Assembly: GCF_006345805.1 (NCBI RefSeq)
Contig: NW_021833372.1
Location: 1 to 27,448 of the forward strand
Length of the DNA: 27,448 nt
Source of the DNA: Octopus sinensis
Lineage: Eukaryota
Direction: 5' to 3'
Of the stretch, positions 22,010 through 27,448 are shown in pieces (the stretch's first letter is position 1; every line of letters begins with the position of its first letter). The position numbers and the translations under genes were made by a program. Under the pieces are notes generated by a model. It did no database searches. It was not told where the DNA came from and saw only the letters and a program-made list of their open reading frames with translations.

Positions 22010-22157
22010 GTGTGTTTGTGTCTGTTTGTTCCCATTGCTTGTGTTTACGTCCCCGATAGAGTAAATACCAGGATTACAAAGAATAAGTCGATTTCTTCGA
22101 CTGAAAGGTGGTGCTCCATCATGGCCTCGCTCAAAATGACTGAAGCAAGTAAAAGAG
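22010..22157 (+). mobile_element. SINE family B 3' half with internal deletions
   Basis: gtgtttacgtccccgatagagtaaatacc...gaataagtcgatttcttcgac...ggtggtgctccatcatggcc...aatgactgaagcaagtaaaagag. Confidence 0.85.
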
Positions 22158-23233
22158 TTTTGTTCTTTGTTTTTAAATGAGTCATACATGTATGTATACT
22201 GACCTAGTGCTAAGAAACGCAGACGTGACGACGATCACGGCTGGAAGTATGGGGAGGAATGCGAGGGGAATTTGATTTCGGTTATAGATCTGTTAGCTAT
22301 CAAAGCTTGACCCTGTGCTCAACAGCAACCAAATTCATCGTGTCACTAAGTACATAATACTTTGGCAAACTGCTTGTTGGATTTCAATAGAACGCTCTAA
22401 AACATCCTTCTTGAGAAAACAACTTCGTGCGGTCACATAACCTATCTTTCTACACGTTATTTTGATTGCGTTGCAAGTTTCTGCGAAGATTCTATCCTAC
22501 TTATACACTTAAATGGATTATAATTAGTCGACAAACACTCATTTAACTTGCTATCATTGTTTATGCTGGTCTTCCTCTCTCTCTCTCATTAGTTTTAATT
22601 AATCACTGACAAACTTCTCTGTCCTAAAATGGAAATAACATTCCTTTAGCTTCTTGCTTAGCTTAATCATCTTAATGTTATATATAATACAGACACATAC
22701 ACGCGTGTGCGTTTGTACGTGTATGTGCGTGTGTGTGCGTGTGCGCGCGCGTGTGTGTGTGTGTGTGCATGCGCGCCTGTGGTTGTATGAATACATATAA
22801 ATTTATTCTCTCCCTCACACACAGACATATATACATACATATATACACATGCATGCAAATAATGTAATATAAATCGATGCAAATGTGTGCATGTATACTT
22901 AAATATATATATGTATATATATATATATAATATATATAATATATATATATATATATACACACACGCACACGCACACACATACACACATACACACACACAT
23001 ACACACACATGTATAGCCGAAATTGCGAGGATGATCCGGTTCTTGACTGAAGATTAGAGGCTTCGAATGACCCGTCCGTTTTTTGTATCGTCTATTTGAA
23101 TGTTTTGCGTTCTTATCCCATTTTGTAGTTTTATATATATAATTTTATATATATATATATAATAGTAGGGAATACAATTCCAAACTTACAGGGAAAAATT
23201 CAATTTAGCAATTCTAAATCAAATTTTACGATA

Positions 23234-23413
23234 TATGTATATAATTAAGAGATATAACTTCTATTAAGCAATTCGATAGTGAAATACATTATCCATATTA
23301 AATAGGAAACATTTAAATAATAAATATTATTCAAAAAATCAATAATGTCTATTTAATATGGATAATGTCTTTCACTATTGAATTGCTTAATAGAGGTTAT
23401 TTCTCTTAATTAT

Positions 23414-23420
<7 letters not shown>
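23234..23420. repeat. AT-rich hairpin, ~72-bp arms (23234-23305 / 23349-23420), 43-nt spacer
   Basis: Arms are reverse complements with about 5 differences. Confidence 0.88.
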
Positions 23421-23481
<61 letters not shown>

Positions 23482-23495
23482 TGTGTGTGTGTGTG

Positions 23496-23765
23496 TATAA
23501 TCAAAATAAGCAACAAAGGATATCCAAGGTAGTGTAGTACAATCGTTTCATGCTACTTCATTTTATTAAACTCTGTAAGTATTACATCAGTTTTAAAATG
23601 TCGAGCAATCTTCAGCCACATATAGTATGTTTTTTAATTAAATGGACAATGTATATTTTTATACTTATTTTATTTGCCAACATGATAACTAGGTTAGATA
23701 TATAGACAGAGAGGTTAATTTCATCATTAAGAACATAGATATCCTTGTTGCTTATTTTGATTATA
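23496..23765. repeat. 270-bp unit with ~28-bp terminal inverted repeats enclosing HHR H5
   Basis: tataatcaaaataagcaacaaaggatatc (23496-23524) vs gatatccttgttgcttattttgattata (23738-23765), one-base indel. Confidence 0.8.
23533..23620 (-). ncRNA. Hammerhead motif with long loop II (H5)
   Basis: Minus strand: stem I TGTGG/CTACA, core CTGAAGA, stem II T-TGCT/AGCA-T (U.U at the base) around a ~49-nt loop, GAAA, near-palindromic stem III ACGATTGT, triplet GUA. Confidence 0.6.
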
Positions 23766-23878
23766 ATCAGCCCATTTGATTTATATGGATAATACCATAC
23801 CAAATTCTGGTGCCTTTAACTTAAGTACCATATTCATCTGAATCTAAATTTTGCTGAACATATATATATATTATAATC

Positions 23879-23924
<46 letters not shown>

Positions 23925-23950
23925 ACATATATATTATAATATATATAATA

Positions 23951-24013
<63 letters not shown>

Positions 24014-24210
24014 AAATAACATTGAGATCCCTCTCTAATCAACATTATTTTGAAACAATTAAAAGACCCCCATACTACCCTTCAAATGAGGTCTGGCCTA
24101 ATTCAAACCAAACCACTGACACCTGGATATATTTCAGGCCACAACAATCTGCTGCATAAACTGTAAGTGATGTCCCCGAAATAAAACTAAAAATAAATAA
24201 TAATTCACCA

Positions 24211-24697
24211 GGCGCAGGAGTGGCTGTGTGGTAAGTAGCTTGTTTACCAGCCACATGGTTCCGGGTTCAGTCCTACTGCGTGGCATCTTGGGCAAGTGTC
24301 TTCTGCTATAGCCCCGGGCCGAGCAAAACCTTGTGAGTGGATTTGGTAGACGGAAACTGGAAGAAGCCTGTCGTATATATGTATTTATATTTCCTGAGCG
24401 CCATACTAATACAATTGTTCGTTTGTTTTCCACCTGCCTTCGTCTTTTGTTTATTTTCATAAAGCTTCCCGTTATATATATATATATGTATGTGTGTTTG
24501 TGTGTCTGTGTTTGTCCCCCTTGACAAACGATGCTGGTGTGTTTACGTCCCCTTCACTTAGCGGTTCGGCAAAAGAGACCGATAGAATAAGTACTGGGCT
24601 TACAAAGAATAAGTCCTGGGGTCGAGTTGCTCGATTAAAGGCGGTGCTCCAGCATGGCCGCAGTCAAATGACTGAAACAAGTAAAAGAGTAAAAGAG
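24211..24697 (+). mobile_element. Full-length SINE family B (tRNA head, CORE-like segment, internal TA/GT microsatellite, conserved 3' domain, AAAAGAGT tail)
   Basis: A-box-like tggctgtgtggtaag, B-box-like gggttcagtcc, cttgggcaagtgtcttct, and tail gtaaaagagtaaaagag; serves as the in-window reference for all family B fragments. Confidence 0.92.
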
Positions 24698-24960
24698 TAT
24701 ACTGAGTCAGTTGAGACATGCCGAATCATATCTGAGCAAATGTGTTATAAAAGTTAGACGTTTATATAATTAGACCATGGTATCGTCCAAAATACGGAGT
24801 TTCGGATAAACTCCACTGAAAGCTCGTATAGAAAGGCATTACATCCATGCTTTCACTGGGATAAAATCGTCCGACATAAATCGTCCGACATATATCGACC
24901 TCATATAATACACATACGCTAAGTTACGGGAACAACATCGCTTATCAAGCGACGGTTGAG

Positions 24961-25157
24961 GAACAAACACAGACACAAAGACGCACATGCATAAACATAT
25001 ACATATATATATAAATGGCAGGCTTCTTTCAGTTTCCAACCACCAAATCTACTCACAAGGCATTGGTTGGCCCGAGGCTATAGCAGAAGACACTTGCCCA
25101 GGGTGCCACGCAGTAGGACTGAACCCGGAGCCATGTGATTGGGAAGCAAGCTTCTTT
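24961..25157 (-). mobile_element. SINE family B 5' half
   Basis: Reverse complement of the head/CORE-like region (agaagacacttgccc...gtaggactgaacccggagccatgtg). Confidence 0.88.
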
Positions 25158-25289
25158 ATTTCATTACAATTGCCATAAAGGCAGTACATAGAGTATAGTA
25201 GCTATGCGGACTGGACAAGGACATTAATGAAATGAATGATAATGAAAGAAAGATGATAAGGATGGGAGAAGACAAAAAGCGCCCGCCGA

Positions 25290-25646
25290 CTTCTGCTTCT
25301 CTAAAACATTTTTCTTTAAAACCAAACACAAAACGAGGTATTAAACCTCTTACAACTTTTACAACTTTTCAATTTTTGGACTTAACAGTCCATTACAAAC
25401 AAGATAGTTCAATAATTACATATAATATATATAAATACAATACACAAAGCCCCTCCTCCCAGACTTGGCTTACGCTTCCCTTAGGCAATGCTCCATCTCT
25501 AGGTCGGGGCCCCTGAAGGCGTATCTAAACATGTCCTTTGGGAAGGTGTTCATTACCCTGACCATAGCGACATCTGATATGATCTTCGTAGTCACCTGCG
25601 AAGGCCACTCCTCGTCCTCTGTCCAGGGCATGGCTCCTCCCTCCCG
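25290..25646 (-). mobile_element. Possible retroelement 3' remnant (short coding-like stretch, stop codon, T-rich tail)
   Basis: GC-richer non-repetitive frame ...MPWTEDEEWPSQVTTKIISDVAMVRVMNTFPKDMFRYAFRGPDLEMEHCLREA* followed by T-rich sequence; no diagnostic motif recognised. Confidence 0.3.
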
Positions 25647-25684
25647 GGAAGCAAGCTTCTTCCACACACAGCCACACATGCGCC
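25647..25684 (-). mobile_element. SINE family B head fragment (~38 nt)
   Basis: Reverse complement ggcgcatgtgtggctgtgtggaagaagcttgcttc matches the start of the copy at 24211. Confidence 0.75.
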
Positions 25685-25702
25685 TTATATACATATATAT
25701 AT

Positions 25703-25760
<58 letters not shown>

Positions 25761-26061
25761 ATATATATATATTATTCAAAGAAATTCCAACTCTGTTTTA
25801 TTGTTTTATTTATATTCTTTATAACATTAATGTGGAATATAGAACATATAGTATAAATAATATATAATAGTTAAATTAAATGAAGTATTGATGTCTTATT
25901 GAATAGATGAAATATTGAATATCAAATATTAAGGGACTAGTATACTTTCTTGCATTAAAGCAGTCTTCAAGATCCCAGGTTGTGACAGGAGTGTTCAACT
26001 TGTATATATATATATATATGTATAAACATATTATATCATGTATATATATATATGTATTATA

Positions 26062-26107
<46 letters not shown>

Positions 26108-26811
26108 TATATTATAATATATATATATATATATACATATATATGCATATATATTGTGTGTATGTATGTATGTATGTCTGATCGCATAGTTTATTTGAAC
26201 CTGTAATTATTTCGTTGTGTTTCTTCTAAAAACGAAATTTGTGACAATCAACGATCGTTATTTTATCTTCTTCATTTAATTCTTTTATTTTATTTTGGTG
26301 AGTGTGGAAGAGATTTTGGTTTAATGTTCGAAAACCTTTTTTTCTTCCCGCGACCAGAAAAACTCTTTAAAAAAAGAAGGAAAATAAAAACGAAACAAAA
26401 ACGTCTTATAGTTTTATTGTTGTATTTAGTTTAATTTTTATATTGTTGATCATCTGATCATTTGACCAGCCAATGTAATCGGGTACATTGAAATTTAAAC
26501 TCTCTCTCCTCGCTACCTCTCTCTCTCTCCCTGCTATCTCTCTCTCTCTTCTCTCTCTCTCCGCTATCTCTCTTTTTCTCTTCTCTTTCTTCCCCCTCTC
26601 TCTCTCTCTCTCATACACACACACGTACAATCACGATAATTCTTTATTTCCTCGGAAATCTCTGGAAGAGTAGAGGACATCGCCCCCACCTCCACCTCCA
26701 CCACCACTACCACCTTCACCTTACCAACACCCCCTCGCTAACTACTCAACCTACCCTGTTCCCTAAACAATATTATTATTATCATTATTGTTATTATTGT
26801 TATTATTATTA

Positions 26812-26853
<42 letters not shown>

Positions 26854-27218
26854 GTATTAGTATTTTGATCGGCTGAGGTAAACGGGTGCATTGGACGTGT
26901 CGCCACTCACTAACTCTTCTGTACAATTGTTTTGTACTCGCTGCTTTACTAATTCTGTAATTACAATTTAACTAAGATTTCTCGCTAGTTTAGCAGTAAT
27001 GGGCTGATAGCAGAGTCAGGGGTGGGTGAGAGAGAGGGAGAGAGAAAGAGCGAAAGAGAGAGAGAGAGAGAGATGAATGATGTACATATGGTGATTTGAG
27101 TTAAACGTCGAGTGGAAGTGGAGAGCAAGGTGTTGGGTATGTAAACGGTTACATGGAATAAGAGAATTGGGTGGCTTCGATAATTTAGCAAAAATCCAGT
27201 CCGTTCTCTGTCTTCGAG

Positions 27219-27278
<60 letters not shown>

Positions 27279-27301
27279 CCCCCTGAATACACAAACAAAG
27301 T

Positions 27302-27332
<31 letters not shown>

Positions 27333-27448
27333 ATACTCTTTACTCTTTTGCTTGTTTCAGTCATTTGACTGCGGCCATGCTGGAGCACCGCCTTTAATCG
27401 AGCAACTCGACCTCGGGACTTATTCTTTGTAAGCCCAGTACTTATTCT
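27333..27448 (-). mobile_element. SINE family B 3' end, running off the window
   Basis: Near-identical reverse complement of ~24580-24700. Confidence 0.92.

Noticed and set aside
23048-23080. CTGAAGA motif as an HHR core
   Set aside because: No GAAA at a suitable distance and no stem II pairing.
23612-23803. GIY-YIG endonuclease C-terminus of a Penelope element
   Set aside because: No GIY/YIG or other conserved residues are visible; the AT-rich frame is probably spurious.
24795-24895. Small hairpin ggagttt/aaactcc and 13-bp tandem duplication aatcgtccgacat
   Set aside because: Too short to separate from background without other copies.

Overview
Eukaryotic, AT-rich, microsatellite-dense non-coding DNA with no supportable protein-coding gene; almost every ORF in the track is a translated microsatellite or repeat. 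The SINE families look like those I recall from octopus genomes (inference, not database-checked). Main contents: (1) an ~11 kb tandem array of an 82-bp unit (~6234-17334) that is an amplified internal segment of one SINE copy, whose 5' and 3' remnants still flank it; (2) about ten tRNA-derived SINE copies or fragments; (3) at least eight inverted-repeat or palindromic structures, from ~185 bp to ~3.5 kb; (4) eight hammerhead-ribozyme (HHR) motifs from five unrelated sequence families, folded by hand, all within or abutting inverted repeats. In three palindromes (3919-4105, 17581-21111, 21613-21938) a pair of HHRs lies on opposite strands with 5' ends at the centre and 3' ends outward; a fourth structure (27-489) has the same polarity with one HHR. 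Minimal HHRs and inverted pseudo-LTRs are known from Penelope-like elements (PLEs), so these are probably non-autonomous PLE or retrozyme-like derivatives. The recurrent symmetric, divergent twin-ribozyme palindrome is the most interesting signal. No folding software, database search or cleavage assay was available; coordinates were counted by hand and may be off by a few bases.
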